NCBI RefSeq assembly: GCF_001194135.2
Contig: NC_068982.1
Coordinates: forward strand, 57,255,327 to 57,296,404
Reading direction: 5' to 3'
DNA: 41,078 nucleotides
DNA from: Octopus bimaculoides
Taxonomy: Eukaryota
A program made the position numbers and the translations under genes. The notes beneath the pieces were generated by a model that was not told the origin of the DNA, did no database searches, and saw only the letters and a list, made by a program, of their open reading frames with translations. This document shows positions 23,058 to 34,297 of this stretch, piece after piece. Positions within the stretch are counted from its first letter, which is position 1. Every line of letters starts with the position of its first letter.

Positions 23058-23709
23058 TGTTTAAGTATTTAGAGGTGTTTGTATTTCATAAGAACTATGT
23101 GACTGATGTGACGTGTTTTAGTGTCGAACGATGATTAAGAAATTGTACCGTATGTATTCTAGTGTATTAGTTGGTGACACTCATACAGAATGTGAATTGT
23201 GTGAGTTGTTGGTAGTATACCATCTGATATCGGTTAAGTATGTGTTGTGTTGTAACTTCGATAACTTAGATATTTTCGGCCAAGTCAAGTTTTGTTGTGT
23301 CATGGCCATTCAAGTAGGGAGTAGTTGTTGACTGAGATATATCCAGATATAGTAGGTACTGATTGTGAGCGATATGTTTTCTGTGGTTTGTAATATATTG
23401 TTTGTTGGTTGTTCTGTAGAGAATGTGTTATTACTAGGAGTTGATTGTAAAATGTATGTGTTGTGTTACATCGTTTGGCAACTACATTATAGAATGTTTC
23501 TCGACGTAACCCTGGCAGTCCACCAGTAGACCCTACCAAAGCTTTGTTGGTCCATTGCAAGCTTCATAAGACTAACAAAGTCACATTCTTCTTTTCACAT
23601 AAGATAATCTAAGTCAGTTAAATGTAAATTTTTATTCTTCGTTTTCTACGATACAGTGTTAATTTCTTAATTCAAAATATCTCTTTTGCTTTGCGTAATT
23701 GTTTCTACA

Positions 23710-23895
23710 AACGGTAAAGGTCTGAAATTTGTTGGAAGGGGACTAGTTTATTACATCGACCTCAATGCTCAACTGGTACTTATTCTATCTACCCTGAAAG
23801 GTCGACCTCGGCGAAATTTGAACTCAGGACGCAAAGCTAGAAGAAATGTTGTTAAGTATTTTGTCCGGTGAGCTAAACTATTCTGACAGCTCGCC
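23710..23895 (-). mobile_element. SINE family B
   Basis: TTACATCGACC..GTCGACCTCGGCGAAATTTGAACTCAG..CAGCTCGCCAC. Confidence 0.8.
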
Positions 23896-24564
23896 ACATA
23901 ATTTAATATGTAAGAGTGTAATTAAAAGTAAATATAAATTTGGTGATCTCTAGCGTTTTCTTCTTGAATTTTGTGAAACTTTTTCTGAAAAATTTGTACA
24001 ACACTACTGAAGATTATGTCTGGTGCTATATTATTGGGTAGAATTTTTATAGAGTATGCATGAAATGTGGGCTATATCTAGTCTAGCTACAAACCCAATC
24101 GTGTCACTGAATATTCTCGGATTCTGCAAGGACTGGTCAGATAATAGTGATGTGGCCAATATTTTCATGGTCCCGGCTATGTAGTTTGCATTTAATATTA
24201 CCATTCTTTTCTATTAACGTAAAATCACACACTGATACGCTACAGTCTCTGATACACTGCTCTGCCTTTTCTAACTCTGCTATAATTACCTTTCCGCCAT
24301 GAAGGTGTATCATCTATACGCAAAGCATTCCCGTTCCACTCGTCTTTCCAACGCTCATCACTCTTTTGTCCCAACTCATAGGCTCCGCACTAATTACTAT
24401 GTCAATTACTTCTTTCACAGAACGTCAGTCGTCTGCAGTTCTCTCCTTACTCATATTTTTCCTGTTGGTATTGAATTTGGCGGTCCAAAAGGGACATTAG
24501 TGTCATCATCCTAAATAGGAGTACCTGAAAACGGTATGAACCCTTCAATTAAATATTAATTTCA

Positions 24565-24730
24565 ATTTTTGGCATAAGTCCAGTAACCAGCTGGTATTTA
24601 TTTTATCAACACTGAGAGGATGAAAGAAAAGTCGATTTTGATGGAGTTTGAAATCAGAACGTACAGACTGGCGAAATATCACCAAGTATTTGCCCGGCGT
24701 GCCAAGGGTTCTATTTGCTCACTGCCTTAC
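24565..24730 (-). mobile_element. SINE family B, degenerate
   Basis: GGATGAAAGAAAAGTCGA..TTTGAAATCAGAACGT..TTTGCCCGGCGTGC. Confidence 0.7.
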
Positions 24731-24830
24731 TCTTCAATTAAATATATATATAAAACAACATTTGTAGCAAGACATTGGTCTTGTGCAGCTAAAATCACAT
24801 ATGTTTTTGCTATTATTTCAGAGCTTTCAA

Positions 24831-25040
24831 AAGGCGGCGAGCTGGCAGTAACGTTAGCAACGCCCGACAAAATGCTTAACGGAATTTCTTACGTCTCGAG
24901 TTCCAATTCCACCGAGGTTGTCTTTGCCTTTCATCGTTTTGGGGTCGATCAAATAAGTACCAGCTGAGCACTGGGGTCGATGTAATCAACTTATACCCCC
25001 CAGCCACAAAGTTGCTGGCCTTGTGCCAAAATTTGAAATC
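24831..25040 (+). mobile_element. SINE family B
   Basis: Head AAGGCGGCGAGCTGGCAG; flanking ATTATTTCAGAG at 24812-24823 and 25041-25052 is a probable TSD. Confidence 0.85.
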
Positions 25041-26711
25041 ATTATTTCAGAGATTATGTACCAAAACTGGCATCACACTATCTCACTTTCTCGTTGTTAA
25101 ATCTTGTAGAATATTGCCCATGGAGTGGTTTTCCTCTCCACTTTTCTTTAATATATTTTGGATTTCTGCTTTGATTTTTGTCAGACAATCAGACGATACA
25201 CAACGTTTAATTAAAAAGATGCGATGATCACTGCTTGAACGGTTTTAATCATCGACAGACTATTCTCTGTAGAGTGTCTTAACCTTCTAGAAATAGCAGC
25301 CAAATCACGCTGAAGAAACCAGAAGGATAAAAGAATATTAGTGAAACTAAGTGGTCATGGTTAGAATGTCTTTGATCATACGTCTGCGAAATGAACTTTT
25401 TCTTTTCTCTTCCTCTCGGATTAAAAAATGATATCCACATTAGTCCCGACAGAATTATTGATACTTTGATTTAAGCAGAGCCGCGTACGTATTTTTCATA
25501 GACTGACTTTTCAGGTCAAATATGGAGGTGGGTTTGAAGTATACCGTTTGCTTGTTACTAGACTGCACACATTAGCATTGGTCGACCAATATTCACCCTG
25601 TTGATTAGGCCAGCATATCAACATCTTGCTGACTAGGATTGCGCATTCGACGACTTTGTATTTTTACATTTTTTCTTTCTTTATTCGCTTCATTTTGTCG
25701 TTCAATCAAGAGTAATCAATGAGATAACAAGAATAATGAAATTAGCTATAATCAGCAAACGTGCTTCGGCAGTCGTTTTCTTATAGTTTGTTTGCACTAT
25801 ATTTGTGTTGTTGTTGCTGTTGCTACTACTGCTGCTGTTGTTGTTGTTAAGGAGGATATTATTTTCTTGTTATAATTTTTTAAATTTATTTTTGCCTTGA
25901 CCATTCCCTTTTTTATTATTATATAGTTTATATTATATATCTTTGTTTTTGCTGTTTTATTTTTATGCGTAAATGTCTTTTTTTTTATCTATTTTTAATA
26001 ACATATTTTATTTTGTAACTGTTTTATTTTTGTTTCGTTTTATTTTGGGCTTTCTTCTTCCTCATTTCCTTATTATATATTTATTTTTCTTTCCGGCTTT
26101 TTATTAATTTATTACCATTAATTTTTTTTGTAAAAGTCAGCAAATTATCAAAATGTCGCCTGGCGTCTGCCTGTTGGAGGAAAGGAAGAAAATTGATGAT
26201 CTAACCTCTCCGTCTATCTCTCTGCTACGTACAAAATCTAATGGATGAGAAATCTAATGGAGTCAGGTAAAATAAGTTCATCTTTCATTTCTATCTTTTT
26301 TCCTTCCTTTCTTTCTTCCTTTTTACTTCATTTTTTTTCTCCTTCTCTCAATATTTTTACATTTTTCACCAATACAAAGCACACACATACAGGAAAAATA
26401 ACACATAACAGAAATACCCGTCACAGGTGCATGCATATATACATATAAAATTAGTGTAACGAACACGTATCAAAGGAGAAGCATTTTTCATATGCTGGAA
26501 AAGTGTATACTCGTGCTTACACATTCAAATAAAACTCGGTGCACATGAAATGCACATACAGAATAAAGCAGAGAAATATTATGTACATAAATGCAAATGT
26601 ACAGATAGACATACATACACATGAATATGCACACAGGCATTCATAGATACATACATCCATCCACCAATCCATCCATCTATTATAATTATTATTATTATTA
26701 TTATTATTATT

Positions 26712-27361
26712 AAGGTGGCGAGCTTGCAAGATCATTAGCACGCCGGGCAAAGTGCTTGGTGGCCTTTTGTTCTGAGTTCGAATTCGTTCTGAGTCCAAAT
26801 TCCGTTAAGGTCGACTTTGAATTTCATCCTTTGAGTACCAGTGAAACACTGGGGGTGATGAAGTCGACTAGTCATCTCCCCTACATTTCAAGACTTGTAC
26901 CTTTAATAGAAAGGATTATTATTGTTATTATTATTAAGGCGGTGAACTGACAGAATCGTTAGCGCGCCGGACGAAATGCTTAGCTGTATTTCCCCTGTCA
27001 CTACGTTCTGAGTTCAAATTCCGCCGAAGTCGACTTTACCTTTCATCCTTTTTGGGTCGATAAATTAAGTACCAGTGAAACACTGGAGTCGATGTAATCG
27101 ATTAGTCCCCTCGTTCAAAATTTCAGGCTTTATGCCTTTGTGCCTTTAGTATTATTAGTATTAAGTCGGTTAGCTGCCAGAGTCGTTAGCACTCCGGGCA
27201 AAATGCTTAGCGGCCATTTGATCTGAGTTCAAATTCCGCTGAGGTCGACTTTACATTTCATTTCTTTCCAGGTCAATAAATTAAGTACCAGTGAAACACT
27301 GGGTCGATGTAATCGACTAGTCCCCTCCGACCAAATTTCAGGCCTTGTGCCTTTAATAGAA

Positions 27362-27362
<1 letters not shown>
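26712..27362 (+). mobile_element. SINE family B, three head-to-tail copies
   Basis: Heads at 26712, 26936 and 27163, each preceded by (ATT)n; long (ATT)n follows to ~27435. Confidence 0.9.
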
Positions 27363-27423
<61 letters not shown>

Positions 27424-27469
27424 CATCATTATTATTACTTTATTGTTACTTTGTAATTACTTTATTTGC

Positions 27470-29352
27470 TGCGGAGTGCACCGGATGTGTTTTTGAACGC
27501 TCCAAGTAAGTTCTTTTTGAAAACAGTTGTTTACACCCGTTTGGTGCCGTTTTTTTCAGTATATATTTTGTTCCAAGTTGTTAATAGAAACACCAAGAAG
27601 TTGTCACTGGGTTTCTGTGTTTGTTTGGTCCCTTGCGGGGCTATATTCAGCCCACCATATAAGTTCGGTGGTTGTTTAATCATATACAATTCAACAAGAT
27701 AATGGGGCGCATCTTGAAACAGTTAAGAAAAAACTGTATCCCCTGCAGGTTTAATGACTGTTAAAGATTTTACTCCCCTTCCCTCCATTACTGGCAACAA
27801 TACAGAAGAGGGGAAGGAGAAAGAGGAGGCAGAAAAAGTACAAAGTCCACCTCATACTAACACCAGTGGCAACATCGCCAACAGCAGTTGTAGTAGTGAC
27901 AGTAACAGCGGCAGCAGTTACAGCAGTAGTAGTGGTAGCGACAACAACGTGAGAAACCGCAACAGCAGCAGCAGTGGCAGTAGAAATAGTAGCAGAGACA
28001 GTAGTTTCGTTAACAATGCTACGGAAATAATCCTACAATTGAAGGCGGAGTGGAGGAAAATAGCGATGACGGTGGGGGTGAGAGCGTCAACGGTGAAAGG
28101 GGCCACAATTCCACCACCACCACGAACAGCAGCAGCAGCAGTAACCACAACGATGACGACAGCAACAAAAACAATAACAAAAATAAAAGGTTTGCTGATG
28201 TAGCGAACACAAATAGAGAAATGTTTGCCATCGCACTCGATGACAAAACTCATGAGCTCTAAAAAGCGAAACACATCATTAAATTTTGGTGGGGTAAATC
28301 CACACTGCTCGTACATCCCGAAATAATAGAGGCAAAAAAAGAAGACAGTATATTTCAGATGCGTATCATGGAAAAGTAGAAGAGCTGAAATAGCCTCCAT
28401 CAGTTCTGTTGAGAAGGCCCTCAGAGAAATTTTCATAGATGTGGCACATATACAGAGTAGGAGGTGGAGTTTGCCAGCATTAAGTTCCTCTTTAAAAGTA
28501 AGGAGTTCGCGCGAAGAAACGCAGTGCCACCCCGATGGACTGAGGAGTGGGTCCTGTATCCCACCTACTTCTGAAATAGAACGACCAGATTTGGTATAAA
28601 TGATGTGCCACCAGGCGTAAACATCAGGTGGATTGTCGCCTGTGCGGTGCACGATTCAGAATCACTCCTGGAGGTAAAAAGGAGTAGCAGGGAGAACTGG
28701 TATGGGATCAATTTGGAAATATCAATCCATGTGAAACCAGAAATATCGAGAAAATCCCGGACCTGATCCAGCAGCCCAACAGGGTGGAACTGCTTTTCGT
28801 CGTGGAAGACAAGAAGCCCAGATGCAACTTTTGTGGGACCACAAGCCACCTGAGAGCCTTTTTTCCCCCAAAAGTTGGGAGGTACATGGCTACACCTGCA
28901 ACCTACATCGCATCCTCAACAAAAGCAACAGCAACAACAGCGACATTTTAATAAAACTGTAGTTTCCTCTCCAACAACAGAGGACGTGAAACCCATAGAA
29001 TGGAGGAAACCACTCAGAGTATGTCAAACCAACCTTCTTCACCCTCTCATTCAAGCATACACTCACACCAACATGCTCACACTACCACAGACACAGTCAC
29101 ACTCCCCGAGACAGATCATACAGACACTAGTTCCTCTTTATCCAGTAGTGAAGATGAGGAAAAACCTTACAAAGCAAAAAGCGTAAAATACAAAAGGTAA
29201 AGCAAACGAACCTCCACTAACACCTGAAAGCACAGAAACCCCCAGCACATCGGACATAGACAGGAAAAACAACACCAGCACCACAACCCCCACTACCCCA
29301 ACCAAATCCGCCAAAGCACTCACAACCACATGTAGACCCCAAATGAAAGTTC
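27470..29352 (+). pseudogene. second L1/Tx1-type ORF1 relic (3'-interrupted retroelement)
   Basis: Stitched frames KKTVYFRCVSWKSRRAEIASISSVEKALREIFIDVAHI / WVLYPTYF*NRTTRFGINDVPPGVNIRWIVAC / IEKIPDLI..LLFVVEDKKPRCNFCGTTSHLRAFFP (knuckle 28823-28867) align with 16745-17491. Confidence 0.75.
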
Positions 29353-29370
29353 ACTTATATATATATATAT

Positions 29371-29894
29371 CTCGCAGCAGGGGAAGCCGGAAAGCAACTT
29401 CTGTGGCTTGATTAGATACCATTACTTCTCAGTAACTGTCTTCTCAAATCTCGACACGGTGGGGAGTAAGGAAGCAATTTATGCGTTTCTTCACCTATGT
29501 CGAGATTTGAGACCGTTGAGACCGCTAGAGGAAGCAACTCCATAAGTTCCTTCCCCTGTTACTAGGGCCACTACTAGTGACGGTCTCAAATCTCGCCAGA
29601 AATTGCTTCCCCTGTGTCGAGATTTGAGACCGTCTCAAATCTTGCAGCAGGGGAAGCAACTTCTGTGGCTTGATTAGATGCCGTTACTTCCCTAGTAACT
29701 GTCTCAAATCTCGATACGGGGGTGGGGAGCAAGGAAGCAACTTATGAGTTGCTTCCCCTATGTCGAGATTTGAGACCGTTGAGACCGCTAGAGGAAGCAA
29801 CTCCATAAGTTCCTTCCACTGTTACTAGGGCCACTACTAGTGACGGTCTGAAATCTCGCCAGAAATTGCTTCCCCTGTATCGAGATTGGAGACC
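29371..29894. repeat. two tandem ~262-bp units built from inverted ~28-bp sub-repeats
   Basis: The motif GTCTCAAATCTCG.CACAGGGGAAGCAA and its inverse recur about 10 times; period 262-263 bp; flanked by (TA)n. Confidence 0.9.
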
Positions 29895-29895
29895 A

Positions 29896-29928
<33 letters not shown>

Positions 29929-29930
<2 letters not shown>

Positions 29931-30120
29931 GAGAATATACAAATAATAACAACAGACGAGGACAGGTGGTGTAAATAACAAAAGTATATATTAGTATGAC
30001 GCTCGGGAATACGGAAAGTCTTTGACGTTTCGAGCTACGCTCTTCAACAGAAAGAATACGGAGACAAGGAGAAAAACACGGAGAAAAAAAATTGAATAGT
30101 GTTCAGTCAACGGTCAATCA
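29929..30120 (-). mobile_element. Penelope-type terminal repeat (arm P2) with hammerhead
   Basis: Homologous to 1077-1166; contains the hammerhead core; ends at (TA)n. Confidence 0.6.
30019..30055 (-). ncRNA. minimal type I hammerhead ribozyme (variant core CUGUUGA)
   Basis: TCTTT-CTGTTGA-A-GAGC GTA GCTC-GAAAC-GTC-AAAGA. Perfect 5-bp stem I, 4-bp stem II, palindromic ACGU in place of stem III, GUC triplet. Confidence 0.65.
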
Positions 30121-30719
30121 TATATATATATATATACACTTNNNNNNNNNNNNNNNNNNNNNNNNNNNNNNNNNNNNNNNNNNNNNNNNNNNNNNNNNNN
30201 NNNNNNNNNNNNNNNNNNNNNNNNNNNNNNNNNNNNNNNNNNNNNNNNNNNNNNNNNNNNNNNNNNNNNNNNNNNNNNNNNNNNNNNNNNNNNNNNNNNN
30301 NNNNNNNNNNNNNNNNNNNNNNNNNNNNNNNNNNNNNNNNNNNNNNNNNNNNNNNNNNNNNNNNNNNNNNNNNNNNNNNNNNNNNNNNNNNNNNNNNNNN
30401 NNNNNNNNNNNNNNNNNNNNNNNNNNNNNNNNNNNNNNNNNNNNNNNNNNNNNNNNNNNNNNNNNNNNNNNNNNNNNNNNNNNNNNNNNNNNNNNNNNNN
30501 NNNNNNNNNNNNNNNNNNNNNNNNNNNNNNNNNNNNNNNNNNNNNNNNNNNNNNNNNNNNNNNNNNNNNNNNNNNNNNNNNNNNNNNNNNNNNNNNNNNN
30601 NNNNNNNNNNNNNNNNNNNNNNNNNNNNNNNNNNNNNNNNNNNNNNNNNNNNNNNNNNNNNNNNNNNNNNNNNNNNNNNNNNNNNNNNNNNNNNNNNNNN
30701 NNNNTATTCATCTCCCTTT

Positions 30720-30974
30720 TTCACTCTCCTGTCTTAAAGAGAACTTTTCCCCCACCACCTCCTCTTCCGGTCTTTTCATAATGTAACCGCGTGGGCATCG
30801 GTACCATTTTCCTCTTTCTCCGTTCTTCCATTCTCCGAACTTTCCATCTTTCCGACGAAGGGCTACGCCCGAAACGTCATACACTCTCTCTTTCCTTTCC
30901 TGAGCGTCCAATAATACTATCCATATCACGTCCTCACTTTGTTGTTTTTTTGTTTTTTTGTTATTGTTTTTTTG

Positions 30975-30978
<4 letters not shown>
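30720..30978 (+). mobile_element. Penelope-type terminal repeat (arm P1) with hammerhead
   Basis: Homologous to the reverse complement of 876-990; ends GAACT + (AT)n. Confidence 0.6.
30845..30885 (+). ncRNA. minimal hammerhead-like motif (variant core CCGACGA)
   Basis: CCGACGA-A-GGGC TAC GCCC-GAAAC-GTC. Stem II is perfect; stem I is not paired in this copy. Confidence 0.5.
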
Positions 30979-31010
<32 letters not shown>

Positions 31011-32398
31011 GTTTGTGTGTGTGTGTATGTGTACCTTTTTAGCATTTCACATAATTTTTTATTCTTCTTCCTCACTATTCTCCCACCAACCTCCTCTTTT
31101 CCCCCTTTGACTTCTTCAATTTTCTTTTATCATTTATTCATACTTTTTTTTGTTTTTAGATATAATTTAAACAATTGTTTAATTGAAATGTCAAAAATGC
31201 GTTGATTTGTCGTTACCTTACTTCCTATTGCTGCTAATTAACAATCCCTTTTGGTCCAAAGCCACAGACAATAAACCAAAGCTGTAACTAGATCTTTGTA
31301 ACTAAATATTTCAGTTAAAATCTGTCAAAGCTTTGTGTATGCTACTCATCGTCTTAATTGTACTATTTCCTGTTTCAAGCAAGTTTTACGGTTTTCTTTT
31401 TTCTTTTTTTCTTTTTGTAACTGACAGTTCTTCTTGAAATAACAATGCTTCAAGTCTTCGAGTTTGTGATTTAGTCGCAATTCTTTGTAAAAAGTTTACG
31501 ACTAACTTGTTGAAGTCATTTGGAAGGTTATGAAAATTAAATCTTGCGTCAGACTGACTTGTCTCCCTTATTAGCAAGTCCGATCTCTCATAATATCGCT
31601 AATGTCTCTCTCCAAGCAAAACTGCCAACAAAAATATCGTTTCTCAGAATCTCCATTCTTGCTCAAATATTATATTTATCTACCTGTTAGCTGCATATAC
31701 CGATAATAAGTTCAGTATAATAGAAAATGAAGACTGAGGAAACATCGTGATATGAGTTACCGGATGTAGTGTATTGTCGAAGAAATCTTTGTTGTTCAGC
31801 GAATTTCTTTTATATTTCATTCATTACTCGTTTTGATTTTAGAAAAATATTAAATGGCATTCATTTGTGTCGCTATGACCTCGAAAATATTATACGGTGT
31901 TCATTGTGTCTTTCACATATGTTCTGAACAAACGCCAGGACTTTGTATTTCTATTTTGGCTGTGGTATGTACGTTTATATGTAGTCACTTGAAAGCCATA
32001 AAAGATTATTTGTATCTTCACATTTGAAAAAATTAAAGACCATTCAAATACTGGACTATATTGAGCTAAAAAGAATTTCCATGGTTACATTTACTAAGCA
32101 ATCACAGAAACATATACGTTTGATATTGGTAGAAAACCTCTCACTGGTTAGTGAGTATGTGTGTGTGTGTATAAGCGTAAAATATTGCTTTAGTCAGTAG
32201 AAATAGGTTTTTAGTTTTCAGTAACCAAGGCCGTGTATACTTTTTAAAATAATCCATGAAAAGATATGATGTTCAATTGCAGAAACTTTAACTACCAGTC
32301 TCAATTCTTTCGCTTTAAAGCTGCAAATATCGTTGTATTTTACTGTAGGTTTGGTTGTTTAATCGTTTGAAACAGAAATAGGTAAAGTCATTCAAGAT

Positions 32399-32736
32399 GA
32401 GTGGTTCTCAACTGAGATCCATGTGGACCCTGTGGGTCCATATAAGATTTTTGCGGTTCATGCAACAAAAGTGTAAATTGAGGAACTACAATAGTATTTT
32501 AAGGACCCCCTGGAAAACTTTTGCTTTAGATGTATGTATTGCAAGAAATAGGTTTCTTTCTTTGACGTTTTTCATTGTTCAACCCACACAAGTGAATGTG
32601 TGAAAAACAAAATATGAATATAGAAAGAAGTTTCTATAAAACCAGCTTTTAAACGTCGAATTGCTATGGAGGTCCAACAGAATAAAATAGTAATCAAAGG
32701 GATCATAGATAAAAAAAAAATGGTTGAGAACCTCTG
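32399..32736. mobile_element. hAT-like MITE
   Basis: Ends GAGTGGTTCTCAAC / GTTGAGAACCTCTG; same family as 22821-23057. Confidence 0.65.
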
Positions 32737-32940
32737 CTCTTAATGGTTTGTGAAGCACAATAGTATATTTGTATTTAGGAAACATTTGAGTGCGTAATGA
32801 TCTTGAGGTTTACCCGGGCACGAAATTTAATGACTTATTGAATTTAACTGGTATTTTTAATCCTCAGATACGGTTAGTAATGAATTTATTCATTTACTTT
32901 CCTTTATAATGGTTTATATGTAATTTATACTGAAATATTC

Positions 32941-33145
32941 GTTTCAAATTTTGGCACAAGGCCAGCAATCTCGAGGGAAGGGATGAGTCGATTGCATAGA
33001 CATCAGTGCTCAACTGGTACTTATTTTATCGACCCCGAAAGGATGAAAGGCAAAGACGATACCGGTAGAATTGAATGTAGTGAAGGGTGAAATTCCGCTC
33101 AGCATTTTGCCCGGCGTGCTAACGATTCTGTCAGCTTATTGCTTT
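32941..33145 (-). mobile_element. SINE family B
   Basis: GGCACAAGGCC..TCGACCCCGAAAGGATGAAAGGCAAAG..TTTTGCCCGGCGTGCTAACGATTCTG. Confidence 0.85.
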
Positions 33146-33244
33146 AATTTATATATTGAGTAGTGATTTTATTTGTTCAAAATTGGGTGCACCAAGAATG
33201 ATAAAAATTAAATGTGGGCTTTCTGCGATATTACGCTATGTCCA

Positions 33245-33376
33245 CCTTGTCAATGCAGAGCAGCCAAGCCTTCTGAAAACCAGTGGATAGATTCCACTGA
33301 AATTAGATAAATAACCCTCGAACAGATAGTCAGCAGCGCCGCCTGGCTGAGGCTTGGCTGCTCTGCATTGACAAGG
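33245..33376. repeat. perfect 27-bp inverted repeat with 78-nt spacer
   Basis: CCTTGTCAATGCAGAGCAGCCAAGCCT (33245-33271) / AGGCTTGGCTGCTCTGCATTGACAAGG (33350-33376). Confidence 0.9.
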
Positions 33377-34297
33377 GGCAACAACCTGAAACTAGTCTGC
33401 AGATGCCAAACCAGCAGGGGCACACTGCTGACCTCCCCTGTTCGAAGGTTATAAAGGACACAGGTTTCGTGTGTCACATAGCTAGCTAGAGGCGATGGCT
33501 TCTTGGAGCTAATTCACAGCAGCTTTCGTCCTAATTTTGGGACTGCCATGTTGGCTTGGCGATAACTATTAATTTCCAGTTTAGAAATATTAATAACTAT
33601 ATANNNNNNNNNNNNNNNNNNNNNNNNNNNNNNNNNNNNNNNNNNNNNNNNNNNNNNNNNNNNNNNNNNNNNNNNNNNNNNNNNNNNNNNNNNNNNNNNN
33701 NNNNNNNNNNNNNNNNNNNNNNNNNNNNNNNNNNNNNNNNNNNNNNNNNNNNNNNNNNNNNNNNNNNNNNNNNNNNNNNNNNNNNNNNNNNNNNNNNNNN
33801 NNNNNNNNNNNNNNNNNNNNNNNNNNNNNNNNNNNNNNNNNNNNNNNNNNNNNNNNNNNNNNNNNNNNNNNNNNNNNNNNNNNNNNNNNNNNNNNNNNNN
33901 NNNNNGCGTGTATGTTTGTACATGTGTGTACCGCTTCTCCTTGTGTGTGCATGTGTGTGTTTTGCAACTATGTGCCGTGTTTGTATGTATAGATGTGCAT
34001 CTCCGTGTGTGGACGTGTGTCTTCATATGTGTCCTTGTGTGAAGTAAAGTGTGTGTGTATATATGGTCATGTTTTTCAGTTTTCATTTGTGTATGTGTAC
34101 TTGTTTGATCATAGAACCTATGTACCTATCCATCTGTATGTTGATCTGTTTACTTTCATATCCATATGCTTATATACATGTGCATATACATATATATATA
34201 TATATATATACACCCTCCCACACACATAGATACATCTATCTACATAACAGCCCACTAATTATCCTACTGTACCTGTGGGTACGGGGTATGATATCTA

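Noticed and set aside
29371-29894. CRISPR-like repeated 28-mer
   Set aside because: Repeats alternate in orientation, spacers are duplicated between units, no cas genes, eukaryotic context.
31386-31577. Minus-strand 63-aa helical-looking ORF
   Set aside because: No motif, weak splice context, no homologue within the window.
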